From Candidatus Poseidoniaceae archaeon (lineage in GTDB: Archaea > Thermoplasmatota > Poseidoniia > Poseidoniales > Poseidoniaceae): a stretch of 64,000 nt of DNA. The notes under the pieces are model-generated. The model ran no database searches. It saw only the letters and a list, made by a program, of their open reading frames with translations, and was not told the DNA's origin. The translations under genes and the position numbers were made by a program. Shown here piece after piece: positions 26,954 to 36,243 of the stretch (positions are counted from its first letter, which is position 1; each line of letters begins with the position of its first letter). The stretch lies in contig CASIAW010000002.1 of assembly GCA_949372875.1 (NCBI GenBank), positions 39,658 to 103,657 of the forward strand, in the 5' to 3' direction.

Positions 26954-28498
26954 TTACGCTTCATCTTCTTCATCAGTTGAACGGATGTGAATGGTAAGTG
27001 CAGCAAAAGTCAACCCGGAAACTGCAACAATAAACGTCATCCCAGGTATGGAATTTGAATCACTGGATGAAGATTGAGAAGCAAGAACCTCTTCCACATC
27101 CGCACGGAAGTCATCGGCTTTCCATGAGTCTCCAGTCCAGGCTATTTTCGGTTTCATCCCATCCATGATGTATGTGATTGTAGAATGGCCAATGGAGTAT
27201 TCAATTTCGACTTCGGCTGTCGATACACATGATAATCGGTCCCCTTCTGCCCATTCATAGCCTTCTTCACACATGCAGTGTTTTCCAGAGCCAGAACCCA
27301 TTTCCCAGCCATAGCCATTACACGCCTGGGAATCCATATCGTTCATTGGCTGCAGAGATTCAGGCATTGGGATTTCAGAGACATTTGTCGTATTTGGAGC
27401 CCAAGCGATGTAACCCGGGTCAACAAAATCGTCAACGCCCACCATTGAATATTCCCAACCATCGCTGGAGGTGTTCCAACTGTAAAGAGTCCAATACCAA
27501 GACCAATCACTCGGACTGCTGACGTCATCAAGTGAATCGAGGAAATGTCCGTAGGTTGGATCATCGGAAAACGATGCATTCATGCCTGCTCCAGCAAAAG
27601 CTCCTTTCGTCAAATGGTACGCAGTAAATTCCGATTGAAGGGTGTGAGCGTCAGTTGTATTGTCGGGATAGAGAATTTGAATTGAAACATTTGTGTCATT
27701 CAGTGCGGGGGCAGAAAGTGCCGAGATGTTTGCATTAGATGCGGCCCATACAAGGTTTGGGTGTTCCAAAGCGTCTAATTCATCAATACCTACCGAAGAT
27801 TCTTCCCAAGCAGTTGAAGACTCATTGAAGATATTCAATGACCAGTACCATGACCAGTCAGAAGGTGATTCAATTCCGTTGATACCGGAGACCATGTGGC
27901 CGTATTGGCCGAAAGAGGCATTGATGGTCCAGTTTGCTTCTTCAGCAATGGTTTCGGTCGTTGTCCAGCCAGTTGGCTCAAACATCATCTCAGTAGCGTT
28001 TCCAGTAGTATCCACATACGTTACGGTTGGGTCAGAATTAGCAATATGTGCCTCGATGACATCCTCTTGAACAATAATGCCAAATGTATTGTAAACATCT
28101 GCCAAAACATCGACTGATCCCGTTAAATGAGGCCAATCAACGCCGTGAAGTTCCGTGAATTCGAGCAGACGCTCGGGGGTATCGTGGCGTGGGTCTACTG
28201 AAATCGAAATAAATTCGACCTCTTTAGAATCTGCATCAGAAAGTCCATCTTGAACCAACTTGAGTGATTGAGTGATGACGGGACAGACATCAGGGCATTG
28301 TGTGAAAATGAAGGAAACAACGTGAACATCTGCGATACTTTGTGTGAATGTGAAGTTCTCATTATTCTGGTCAGTCAGGGTGAAATCAAGTACTTCAGTA
28401 CGAGATAATTGATGCCCATTATACGCCGAAGTTGAAGGAATTGATGCTAGAAGAAGAAACAATGCCATCATCACGGCTACAGTAGACTTTTTGTCCAT
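26954..28498 (-). CDS. Sco/SenC copper chaperone with inserted tandem DUF4430-like and EGF-like domains, PGF-CTERM-like anchor
   Basis: DFTLTDQ, FTQCPDVCP, SVDPRHDTPE, distal IGHST; internal repeat YGH..SPSDWSWYW..VG.D. Confidence 0.85.
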   Translation of the reverse strand: MDKKSTVAVMMALFLLLASIPSTSAYNGHQLSRTEVLDFTLTDQNNENFTFTQSIADVHVVSFIFTQCPDVCPVITQSLKLVQDGLSDADSKEVEFISISVDPRHDTPERLLEFTELHGVDWPHLTGSVDVLADVYNTFGIIVQEDVIEAHIANSDPTVTYVDTTGNATEMMFEPTGWTTTETIAEEANWTINASFGQYGHMVSGINGIESPSDWSWYWSLNIFNESSTAWEESSVGIDELDALEHPNLVWAASNANISALSAPALNDTNVSIQILYPDNTTDAHTLQSEFTAYHLTKGAFAGAGMNASFSDDPTYGHFLDSLDDVSSPSDWSWYWTLYSWNTSSDGWEYSMVGVDDFVDPGYIAWAPNTTNVSEIPMPESLQPMNDMDSQACNGYGWEMGSGSGKHCMCEEGYEWAEGDRLSCVSTAEVEIEYSIGHSTITYIMDGMKPKIAWTGDSWKADDFRADVEEVLASQSSSSDSNSIPGMTFIVAVSGLTFAALTIHIRSTDEEDEA

Positions 28499-28552
28499 GT
28501 AAAAACCTGAGAGACGAGCCTACATCAATGCTTTGCAGCGTCGATTCAATGC

Positions 28553-28915
28553 TCAACGAGTTTCAGCATAATCCCAATTTGGAGTGCACCAACTTGGAAG
28601 TTCAGTTACCCCAGCGGGATTTGATAATCCGATACCCCAAAGCATGAGGATAACAAAAAGAACGGGGAAGAGTGCTGTCCGTGTGTAGATACGCGGGTCG
28701 TCTTTCAAGTGCATGAAGAAAGCAGCGATTCCGAATCCTTTGATGATACCAACGACAATGAGAATAGCCCAAACCATCAACTTCGTGACTTCGATTTCAG
28801 TGCCGGGGATAACGTCGTAAAAAACAGCCGCTACTTCAAACAAAGTGAAGAACATCAAAACGATAAAGTTCCAAAAGTAGATGTCTTTGCCCATAATTTC
28901 AATATGTTCGCCCAT
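28553..28915 (-). CDS. Cytochrome c oxidase subunit IV
   Basis: 3 TMs, K..IAAFFMHLK. Confidence 0.85.
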   Translation of the reverse strand: MGEHIEIMGKDIYFWNFIVLMFFTLFEVAAVFYDVIPGTEIEVTKLMVWAILIVVGIIKGFGIAAFFMHLKDDPRIYTRTALFPVLFVILMLWGIGLSNPAGVTELPSWCTPNWDYAETR

Positions 28916-28924
28916 TATTTCACC

Positions 28925-30217
28925 TCAATACAGATAGAATGCTGGGAAAATTACTACCCAAGCTAAGTCGACAAAGTGCCAGTAGAGTCCAAAGTATTCG
29001 ATACCCTGTGCATTGTCTTCATCATAGCCGACGGTGTCAGCCTTGAACACAAGATACAGCATAACAAGCAAGCCGATGAAGACGTGCAGTCCGTGTGCCC
29101 CTGTGGCGATGTAGAAGATAGAACCTTGAGTGGTTCCGATATCGAAACCTTCTGCAACCAGATGGCTCCATTCAACAAGTTTGAGAACAATGAACAGCGA
29201 ACCGAGTGCAAGAGTAGCAATGAGGTAGTTGCGGATTGCTGCCTTTCGAGTTGGCATGATTTTACCCATAATCCCTGTTGAAGGCTCCCACTTTGCATTC
29301 TTAGCAGTCTTGAGTGCCAAGACAATGGTATATGATGAGATAATCAAAGCGAAGGTGTTGATTGCACCTGGCAGAATCGTTGCAAAGTCATTACGAATCA
29401 AGTCAGAAGCAGTAACCACTGGTTCAACACCTTGACATGCTTCAACGCCATCCTCGATGGCCCACTTTGTACACCATTCTGTTCGCATACGCAGGTATGA
29501 AGAAAAGAATGTCGCGAAGACCATTATTTCTGACATAATGAAGACCCACAATCCTGCTTTACGGATATGTTCGCCTTCAAACGGATAAGATGTCGCAATC
29601 TGTTCACCATGGCCGTTAAACGGCAAATCCTCAAACCACCAGTTTGAGACTGCAATAACGATAGTAAGCAACCCTACCATGCTCAAAGCAAGCATCCCAA
29701 AGTCAGGGGTGAGATCTGCATTCAACATCGCTTTACAAGCGATAACAAAGTCAGGGAATCCTGCCAAGAACAGCATGATACCAAAGGCGAAGATAATCGG
29801 CGAAGAGGAGCCGTGATGTTCGTGCTCATCATGACCATCGCCATGTTCTGCAGCAGGTTTGCTGGAATTCAAGAGTCCACCAACGCCAATAAATGCGGCA
29901 TAGGTAATCGACATCAGAAGAATAGTGATACCTGCAACTCTGTAGGTAAGGTAGGAAAGGTGTGCTGCAATCTCTTCATGATGAAGATGGTCGAGATCTG
30001 CTGCCTCTTTGTCTGTTATGATTCCATCCAAAGCAACCTCAACTTCCATGTGATGATATTCATCTTCAAGTTCTTCCCAAACATGGTGTTTTTCATTTGC
30101 CATGAAGACGCCCAGTGTTGCAAACAAGAGTACACCGATGGTGAGTAATATTCCACCCATCATGACTGCGCGCATCCAGATTCCATTCTCGACGTGCGCC
30201 CCGTGTCCACCGCTCAT
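28925..30217 (-). CDS. coxC: Cytochrome c oxidase subunit III with His-rich N-terminal extension
   Basis: WVFIMSE, INTFALIISS, TGAHGLHV, YWHFVDLAW. Confidence 0.92.
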   Translation of the reverse strand: MSGGHGAHVENGIWMRAVMMGGILLTIGVLLFATLGVFMANEKHHVWEELEDEYHHMEVEVALDGIITDKEAADLDHLHHEEIAAHLSYLTYRVAGITILLMSITYAAFIGVGGLLNSSKPAAEHGDGHDEHEHHGSSSPIIFAFGIMLFLAGFPDFVIACKAMLNADLTPDFGMLALSMVGLLTIVIAVSNWWFEDLPFNGHGEQIATSYPFEGEHIRKAGLWVFIMSEIMVFATFFSSYLRMRTEWCTKWAIEDGVEACQGVEPVVTASDLIRNDFATILPGAINTFALIISSYTIVLALKTAKNAKWEPSTGIMGKIMPTRKAAIRNYLIATLALGSLFIVLKLVEWSHLVAEGFDIGTTQGSIFYIATGAHGLHVFIGLLVMLYLVFKADTVGYDEDNAQGIEYFGLYWHFVDLAWVVIFPAFYLY

Positions 30218-32541
30218 TCTTCCGCCTCCTTTGGTGTAGCATTCCACAGCGTATCGCTTATGGATGGTTTCGAAGACTGTTGGTGGTGTCCATACATGAT
30301 GTTCATGTCACCTTGAGTTGGGATATCATGGAACGATGGTGTTGGCGGAGGCGAGGTTGTCGCCCATTCAAGGGACCAGCCGCCCCACGGATCTTTACCT
30401 GCAGGTTCACCATGTCGGTTTGACTTGATGATGTTCCATACGAGTATGAGTTGGCTCAGTCCGAAGATAAAGGAGAACAAACTGACGACTGCGTTATATT
30501 CCGCAAATCCACTTTCAACAGTGTAACTGTGCGTTCTTCGGGGCATACCCATGATACCAAGAGCGTGCATTGGCCAGAACGTTGCGTTGTAAGCAGAGAA
30601 TCCGATGAGGAAATGCCACATACCGAGGGTTTCATCAAGTTTCTTTCCAGTTGCTTTGGGATACCAGTAGTAAAGTCCTGAGAAGAGAGCGAAGACAGTT
30701 CCACCGATGAACACATAGTGGAAGTGAGCGACGACGAAGTATGAATCGTGGAAGTGCATGTCCATACCTGCAACAGGGAAGAACATTCCAGAAATACCGC
30801 CGAGTGTAAAGGTAATCAAGAAACCGAGTGACCACAATGTGTGAGTGCGCATAACAAGGCTACCGCCCCAAATCGTCGCTAACCAGTTGAAGATTTTCGC
30901 ACCCGTCGGAATCGCTACTGCCATGGTGGTAATCATGAATGCAGCTCGCCAGAATGGGTCCATTCCCGAAGTGAGCATGTGGTGGCCCCATACAACGAAA
31001 CCAACAACGCCGATACCCGCCATTGCAAAGACCATGGATTTGTAGCCGAAGATTGAGCGGCGAGCACTGGTTGCAAGAACTTCGGAGACGATACCAAAGG
31101 CGGGTACAATTACCACGTAAACCTCAGGATGTCCGAAGAACCAAAACAGGTGCTGGAACAGTAAACTGTCACCGCCTGAAGTGAAAAACACTGTTCCGAC
31201 CGTATGGTCAAACATGAGGAAAGCAACGCCGATAATGAACGCAGGTAGCGACATGTAGAGCATGAAAACGCTGACGAAGACCGACCAAGAGAACAGAGGC
31301 ATCTTCATCCAGCCAACACCGGGGGCGCGCATTGTGAACACTGTAGTGATGAAGTTAACACCACCCAGTGTAGAAGAGGCACCGAGCATGAGCATTCCAG
31401 AAAGGAAAGCAGTCGTACCTGGGTTGGAACCGTATTGAGCCATTTCAGCACCGAGGCTTCCTTCAGTAAGAGAGGAATATGGAGGATACATAACCCACGT
31501 GATGTCTGCACCTTCACCGGACCAGATTCCAGTGTAAATCAGAGGACTCGAGAAGACAAGGAGCCAAAGGCCCATTGCGTTAATTCGAGGGAATGCCAAA
31601 TCTTTGGCTCCGATTTGCAACGGCAGAACATAGTTCATGAAGCCGGCAATCATTGGCATTGCGGCTAAGAAAATCATGGTGGTTCCGTGAAGAGTGAAGA
31701 AAGAATTGTATTCTGTTTCTGTCAAGAAGGAGTTCTCAGGTAATGCCAGTTGTATACGGAACAGCAGTGCGAGGAAACCTCCAACGAGGAAGAAGATAAA
31801 TCCATACAAGAAGTAGAGAATACCGACTTCTTTGTGATCGGTTGTGGTGAGCCATGGTTTGAGATAAGCCCAGAAATTAGAGATCGTAAAGGTCTCAGGA
31901 GAGCGGGTGTAGAAGACCCACATAACGCCGAGCAGAATCATTCCGAGCGCAAGGCCGATGGCTGTGAGAAGAACAACAAGTGCGCGTGCAGTTGGCCCAA
32001 CATCGCCAGCATTCAAGCCAGGGATAATCAAATCGGCTTGATTCCAGTAATCTCCTCCAGAACCATCTCCACCGTTCACGGCATTTCCGTAAATGGTAAA
32101 TTCGACAACTTTGGAATCATCAGCAGGTGCAATCCATTCAAAATCCCACGTACGAACCGAATTCCCTTCCGCAGTATGCGTAAGACCACCGTCCATCTCC
32201 TGACTTAATGTTGCATCAACGGTTGTAACCATGCCACCTGTAGAAAGGATTCTGAAACCACCGGCGTGGCCGTTCCAGCCAGTGCCGTCATCTTCTGTGA
32301 CTCCGCCGTTGTTAAGTTCCATCACATCATTTTGGACTGTGACGGTAAAAGCATACGTTTCACTGGCGTTGAACGAATCTGGTAAACCTGAAACAATGAC
32401 TTGAGTATCTACGGCTGCTCCACCGTGACAACTGCATCCATTGTCTCCTATACTACCAATTCCAGTTGGAATTGCTTCAAACTGAGGTGCTGCGACGAGC
32501 ATCAGCAGAACCAAAGCGAGGAGTGTGAATCGCTTCTGCAT
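30214..32541 (-). CDS. coxA: Heme-copper oxidase subunit I (A1 type) fused to N-terminal Reeler-like domain
   Basis: TTDHK, LHGTTMIF, GHPEVY, WGHHM, AHFHY, GMPRR; signal peptide and GCSCHG domain in front. Confidence 0.95.
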   Translation of the reverse strand: MQKRFTLLALVLLMLVAAPQFEAIPTGIGSIGDNGCSCHGGAAVDTQVIVSGLPDSFNASETYAFTVTVQNDVMELNNGGVTEDDGTGWNGHAGGFRILSTGGMVTTVDATLSQEMDGGLTHTAEGNSVRTWDFEWIAPADDSKVVEFTIYGNAVNGGDGSGGDYWNQADLIIPGLNAGDVGPTARALVVLLTAIGLALGMILLGVMWVFYTRSPETFTISNFWAYLKPWLTTTDHKEVGILYFLYGFIFFLVGGFLALLFRIQLALPENSFLTETEYNSFFTLHGTTMIFLAAMPMIAGFMNYVLPLQIGAKDLAFPRINAMGLWLLVFSSPLIYTGIWSGEGADITWVMYPPYSSLTEGSLGAEMAQYGSNPGTTAFLSGMLMLGASSTLGGVNFITTVFTMRAPGVGWMKMPLFSWSVFVSVFMLYMSLPAFIIGVAFLMFDHTVGTVFFTSGGDSLLFQHLFWFFGHPEVYVVIVPAFGIVSEVLATSARRSIFGYKSMVFAMAGIGVVGFVVWGHHMLTSGMDPFWRAAFMITTMAVAIPTGAKIFNWLATIWGGSLVMRTHTLWSLGFLITFTLGGISGMFFPVAGMDMHFHDSYFVVAHFHYVFIGGTVFALFSGLYYWYPKATGKKLDETLGMWHFLIGFSAYNATFWPMHALGIMGMPRRTHSYTVESGFAEYNAVVSLFSFIFGLSQLILVWNIIKSNRHGEPAGKDPWGGWSLEWATTSPPPTPSFHDIPTQGDMNIMYGHHQQSSKPSISDTLWNATPKEAEE

Positions 32542-33536
32542 CAGTATCCGCCTCCCGAGTTACCCTCATTGTCACCTGAATCGGTTTTTTGAATGCCTGT
32601 GTCCGTGTCGCATGTCTCGCCATCTCTGGCAACGATGTCGATGTTACCAATCATCTTCGAATGGTCAAGACCACAATATTCTGCGCAACGGATTGGGAAT
32701 GTGCCGTCGTCGTCAGGGAAGAATGTAATCACTGTTCCAGATTCTAGCCCTGGGACAAGGTCTTCTTTAACACCCCATTCTGGCAACCAGAAAGCGTGTT
32801 GAACGCCGACATAAGCCGGATTAGAATAATCGTGTGGCCTGGAGTGGAGGTCGAGTGTCGAACTTTCATCACATGGAATAATCAAGTGTTGACCACCTGC
32901 TGTTGTAAGTACTGCGCCAACCGGTAAATGCTCCCAGGTGTGAAGTAAATTATCTTCAGCATCGTATGCAGTGATAACGCTGTGCAGGCCCTTGTCGAAA
33001 TAAATGCCCGATACTGTAAGCATCTCAGCTGCGAGATCAATCGAGTAATCCGTTTCTACACCGTCGACTTGAACGGTTACATTGGTCGCCTCGGAGCCGT
33101 GTGTATGGACCATCAGCATGCCGCCTGTCCAGTTAACATCGACATGTGAGACTCTTGGGTCATCTTCCCAAGTAAGGTCATCTTGGTAGTGGAATTCCCA
33201 AAACCATTGCTTTCCAATAACATCAACATTGAATGTATCTTCATCGGATGGAATGGTCCAAACTGCTGTGTTGGATGCCAAAGCAATCATTGTTAGCCAA
33301 ACAACGAGGATTGTTGGCAGCACGTAGAAGGCGATTTCGAGTTTCGTATTGTGGCTATCGACTGGAAATGACCCCACTTCAATGTGGTATTTTTCCATGT
33401 TCTCAACCGGTTCAACACCGTCGCGGTAGCGCAGCATAGCGATAAACATCCATCCGAACGTCAGGAGCCCGACGATTACGCTCCAAAACATATACTTGTC
33501 ATAAACGACGTTGAAAACAGTGTCCTCAGCAGGCAT
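32541..33536 (-). CDS. coxB: Cytochrome c oxidase subunit II (CuA)
   Basis: 2 TMs, KQWFWEF, HAFW, CAEYCGLDHSKM. Confidence 0.94.
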   Translation of the reverse strand: MPAEDTVFNVVYDKYMFWSVIVGLLTFGWMFIAMLRYRDGVEPVENMEKYHIEVGSFPVDSHNTKLEIAFYVLPTILVVWLTMIALASNTAVWTIPSDEDTFNVDVIGKQWFWEFHYQDDLTWEDDPRVSHVDVNWTGGMLMVHTHGSEATNVTVQVDGVETDYSIDLAAEMLTVSGIYFDKGLHSVITAYDAEDNLLHTWEHLPVGAVLTTAGGQHLIIPCDESSTLDLHSRPHDYSNPAYVGVQHAFWLPEWGVKEDLVPGLESGTVITFFPDDDGTFPIRCAEYCGLDHSKMIGNIDIVARDGETCDTDTGIQKTDSGDNEGNSGGGY

Positions 33537-33748
33537 GGAATATCCTCAATTCATGGGCCGATGATACCAGCCTTAAACCCTTGCAGAATACGAGGTGCTG
33601 TGTGTTTGAAAACAGCCCTCATTTTACTGACTTTTAAGAACTCGTTTTTGTCTTATATATGCGGAGTTCTGCTTTTCGAGATTTGCTTGACCTTTGTGAA
33701 TAATAAAAAGCATGCAGGTTGATAAACTTCCACACATTAAATTTCTTG

Positions 33749-34069
33749 ATGACCCTCCAATCCTGCGTCCAATCAACACTCGATGGCGCAATCATGCTCG
33801 AAGTTGAAGTTCAACCAGGAGCCAAGAGGCAAGGAGTCGTTGGAATCAATACATGGAGAGGGCGACTCACTGTTGCGGTACGTGCTGAGGCTCAGAAAGG
33901 TAAGGCCAATAACGCTGTATTGCATGTCCTATCAACAACGCTTCAAATCTCGAAAGACCAACTGAAAATCGTGAGTGGAGCAACTTCGAGGACAAAGAAA
34001 ATACGTATTGAGAATGTCTCCTTACAGAAGTTGAGTTCCTTGCTTGAACCTTATTTGGAGGAAGAATAA
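33749..34069 (+). CDS. DUF167/YggU family protein
   Basis: VQPGAK, GKAN, SGATSRTK. Confidence 0.85.
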   Translation: MTLQSCVQSTLDGAIMLEVEVQPGAKRQGVVGINTWRGRLTVAVRAEAQKGKANNAVLHVLSTTLQISKDQLKIVSGATSRTKKIRIENVSLQKLSSLLEPYLEEE

Positions 34070-34552
34070 ATGCGCGATCAAAAGCATCGCTCTCCCCTCG
34101 GTAGCGGCAATGCCTCAGAACGGTTTGCCGTAGCAGGTGAGGCACTGGGCGAAGCAAGAAGAAAGAATCGCGAACAGCAATGGCCCGTTATCATCGAAGG
34201 AAAGCGCGACAGAATCGCCTTGCAATCTCTCGGCTTTATCGGGCCATTGGAAGTGCTGAACCGTGGGTGGGGGTTGGACCGTTTCATCACATTCTTGTAT
34301 GAAACATACGGCATTCGAGGCAGCGATAGCGGCCCAAGTTTGTGCCTGCTTATGGATTGGGACCGAACCGGTGGAAGGTTACAAAAAACACTCACTGAAC
34401 GACTGGAAAGCCTCGATGTGAAGGTGTGTCAGTTGTTGCGTAATCAATTATTGAAGGCACTTAAGCCAGAAACTCGAGTCGTTGAATCTCTCAAGAGTTT
34501 GTCAGTTGAATTATCGCCTTTTATCGAACAAGAAGACCCTTACGAAGAGTAA
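34070..34552 (+). CDS. Small Toprim-domain protein
   Basis: IIEGKRD and DWDRTG (E..DxD). Confidence 0.8.
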   Translation: MRDQKHRSPLGSGNASERFAVAGEALGEARRKNREQQWPVIIEGKRDRIALQSLGFIGPLEVLNRGWGLDRFITFLYETYGIRGSDSGPSLCLLMDWDRTGGRLQKTLTERLESLDVKVCQLLRNQLLKALKPETRVVESLKSLSVELSPFIEQEDPYEE

Positions 34553-34554
34553 CG

Positions 34555-35025
34555 TTACTCTTCAAGAGGGGGTTTTGGCATTCCGTCTTCCTTGACGGTG
34601 TTGAGCACAACATGCGTGAAAGAACGTGAAACGCCATCGAGTGTGAATACCGTTTTGGTGAGATTGTCAAGGTCTTCACGGTCCTTGACACGGGCCAGCA
34701 CCATCGAGTCCCATTCTCCGGTAACGTCGTAGACTGCAAACACTCGTGGGTCGGCAGCGATTTTTTTCTGAACGTCAATCATCCGACCTTTGATGATACG
34801 AAGTCCAGCCATGATGGTCATGGTCCATCCCATTCGTGCAGGATCCAAAAGAATACTGTAGCCTTTGATGATTCCAGCCTCCTCCATTCTCCGGATTCGA
34901 TTCTGGACTGTTCCTTGAGCAATACCCACTTTTCGAGCTAAAGCTCGCTGGCTAATTCGTGCGTCTTCAAGCATGGCAGCCAAAAGTTCTCGGTCAGTGT
35001 CATCTAAATCCATCAGGTCCACCAC
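34555..35025 (-). CDS. Lrp/AsnC family transcriptional regulator
   Basis: LDDTDRELL..DAR HTH, VTGEWD. Confidence 0.93.
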   Translation of the reverse strand: MVDLMDLDDTDRELLAAMLEDARISQRALARKVGIAQGTVQNRIRRMEEAGIIKGYSILLDPARMGWTMTIMAGLRIIKGRMIDVQKKIAADPRVFAVYDVTGEWDSMVLARVKDREDLDNLTKTVFTLDGVSRSFTHVVLNTVKEDGMPKPPLEE

Positions 35026-36240
35026 TCACTGCTCTTGCTCATAGGTTTCAACATTTTGCTCTTTGAAAGTTGGGTGAATGTTGGGCGTTGAGAGGCGTAA
35101 ATACTGCGTCCAACTTCCAAGTTCTTCCACTTCAAGGCCCAGCGAAATTTGGCAGTCTACCTCGTGCTTCTCTTTGAAACGTAAAGTGAATTTGAAGTCT
35201 GAATGTGGAGCGATTCGTTTGCTTTTGAAACCTCCTTTAATCTGCCATGGACGTTCGGTTTCACATGACTTGAGGGTGACGTTTTTGTCACCTGAGCGGA
35301 AGAGGAATTGAGCAACTGGAAGTTTTCCTTCCACCCATTCAGCGTTCAGTTTCGGCATGCCTCTTTCACGTTTGAGGGCACTGTTTACTGCGCCTGAGGC
35401 GAGTACGCTAGCAAAAATGAGTAAGAAGAGAGGGAGCGCAAAATGCCCTGCGCTGCTGTTTTCCCAGCGTGTTGGCAACGAGGTATGATACATTGCAAGC
35501 AAACGATTCGTGTCATCACCTTCAACTTCACCAAAAAACGCCAACGTGATGTGCCATCCATAGGGGTCGGACTCCAAATCAATACCAGCTGCGAGCAAAT
35601 GTTCTGAAGGGATTTCCCAGACGGTCTGAGTTACATTGCCTTGTTTGTTGGAAAAGCCGATTTCAGGTTTCATATCACGAACAAGATGAGTGGTTTGACG
35701 GCCGTGATGGTCTGTAGCCAAATCCTCCGTTACAAAAAAATACAGAACTGTATTGTCGCTCAGATTAACTTCAGGAGTCATCTCAACGGGGAAACGAAGA
35801 GACCATTGATTCAACTCATTACTGACGATATCGATGGTACCACTCAAGGATAACGGCTGTTGAGAAAGTGAATTTTCCCGGCCAAGAAGGAGGCCTTCTT
35901 CAAGCGAGAGATTGTCTCCTTGGCGTTCATTATACAAAGATCTCGTATCGTCTTCTAAACCCAGTTCACCAAGTCGAGACAATGCATCGTCGTCAGGCCA
36001 ATCCGAGTTGGTCTCTTGACTCCATTTCCACCATGAAAGATGAACCATGTCTGGTGAATTCTCATACTCGTATGGGCCTTCTTGTGGAAGATAATATTCG
36101 TGGAGAACCGTATCTGTGCCAGTTTGTTCGGGAAGGGGTTTTGAGGCAACTAAATTGACGGCTTCGTCGCCTTCAGGGGATGCCATTGGGGCCGCCACAA
36201 TGCAGAAAAGAATGGCAAAGAGAAAGAGAGGGATGCGCAT
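35026..36240 (-). CDS. Hypothetical membrane-anchored protein
   Basis: 404-aa ORF, signal peptide, internal TM, tight packing with neighbours. Confidence 0.7.
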   Translation of the reverse strand: MRIPLFLFAILFCIVAAPMASPEGDEAVNLVASKPLPEQTGTDTVLHEYYLPQEGPYEYENSPDMVHLSWWKWSQETNSDWPDDDALSRLGELGLEDDTRSLYNERQGDNLSLEEGLLLGRENSLSQQPLSLSGTIDIVSNELNQWSLRFPVEMTPEVNLSDNTVLYFFVTEDLATDHHGRQTTHLVRDMKPEIGFSNKQGNVTQTVWEIPSEHLLAAGIDLESDPYGWHITLAFFGEVEGDDTNRLLAMYHTSLPTRWENSSAGHFALPLFLLIFASVLASGAVNSALKRERGMPKLNAEWVEGKLPVAQFLFRSGDKNVTLKSCETERPWQIKGGFKSKRIAPHSDFKFTLRFKEKHEVDCQISLGLEVEELGSWTQYLRLSTPNIHPTFKEQNVETYEQEQ

Positions 36241-36243
36241 ATC

